Source: Candidatus Aenigmatarchaeota archaeon (GTDB taxonomy: Archaea > Aenigmatarchaeota > Aenigmatarchaeia > CG10238-14 > WAMV01). From it: a stretch of DNA of 33,496 nt. The notes beneath the pieces were generated by a model that did no database searches, was not told where the DNA came from, and worked only from the letters and a program-made list of their open reading frames with translations. The stretch spans positions 1-33,496 of the forward strand of contig WAMV01000012.1 of the NCBI GenBank assembly GCA_015522145.1, given 5' to 3'. This document shows positions 33,397-33,496 of the stretch, piece after piece. Position 1 is the first letter of the stretch; the number at the start of each line of letters is the position of its first letter. A program made the position numbers and the translations under genes.

Positions 33397-33496
33397 TGGA
33401 GAGGTTTGAAGAATTGAAAAAGAAGTATATCATTGTTAAAAAAACTGCAGAAATATTGAGAGTTCAAGAAGAAGATTTACCTAGAGTGCTAGAGAG
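33396..33496 (+). CDS. partial ORF, possibly the detached C-terminal module of AlaRS
   Basis: ATG overlaps the alaS TAA (TAATG). MERFEELKKKYIIVKKTAEILRVQEEDLPRVLE... repeats the A-x-x-L-x-V-x-E-E-x-(L/V)-P motif seen at the end of alaS. The frame is open from 33366, with an alternative ATG at 33369. It runs off the window. Confidence 0.35.
   Translation, partial: MERFEELKKKYIIVKKTAEILRVQEEDLPRVLE

Overview
This is a visibly AT-rich, very compact archaeal window. Many genes overlap by 4 nt (ATGA/GTGA), internal operon genes carry GGAGG Shine-Dalgarno sites, and first genes have TATA-like boxes about 25 nt upstream. The style fits a small-genome, DPANN-like archaeon. Most of the window is conserved information-processing clusters: rpl37ae-rpoP-pcc1-pfdB-UPF0147-sepF; glyS and fen; rpl15e-rnp3-rnp2-psmA-SBDS-rrp4-rrp41-rrp42-rpl39e; rpl31e-eif6; rps6e-eif2g-PIN-rpoE-spt4-rps24e-rps27ae; and trpS, pheS, pheT, ileS and alaS. 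Several non-core elements stand out against this background. (1) A tRNA-Arg(CCU) gene on the minus strand is interrupted at non-canonical position 33/34 by a 629-nt intron with a textbook bulge-helix-bulge splice motif. The intron is almost completely filled by a two-motif LAGLIDADG homing-endonuclease ORF that reads into the 3' exon. (2) Three tandem archaeal type-IV-pilin-like paralogues sit between rpl39e and rpl31e. They share a nucleotide-identical 5' module (95 nt in all three, 143 nt including the promoter in two) but have divergent 4-Cys C-terminal domains. (3) A fourth pilin-like gene sits between the PIN gene and eif2g. (4) A Cas2-fold mini-protein is appended to the rpoE-spt4-S24e-S27ae operon with no CRISPR array in view. 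(5) A GC-rich hairpin followed by ACA (an H/ACA-like sRNA candidate) lies in the minD/thioredoxin intergenic region. (6) alaS stops before its C-terminal domain, and an overlapping follow-on ORF starts on an A-rich tract. No rRNA gene, CRISPR array or IS element was seen.
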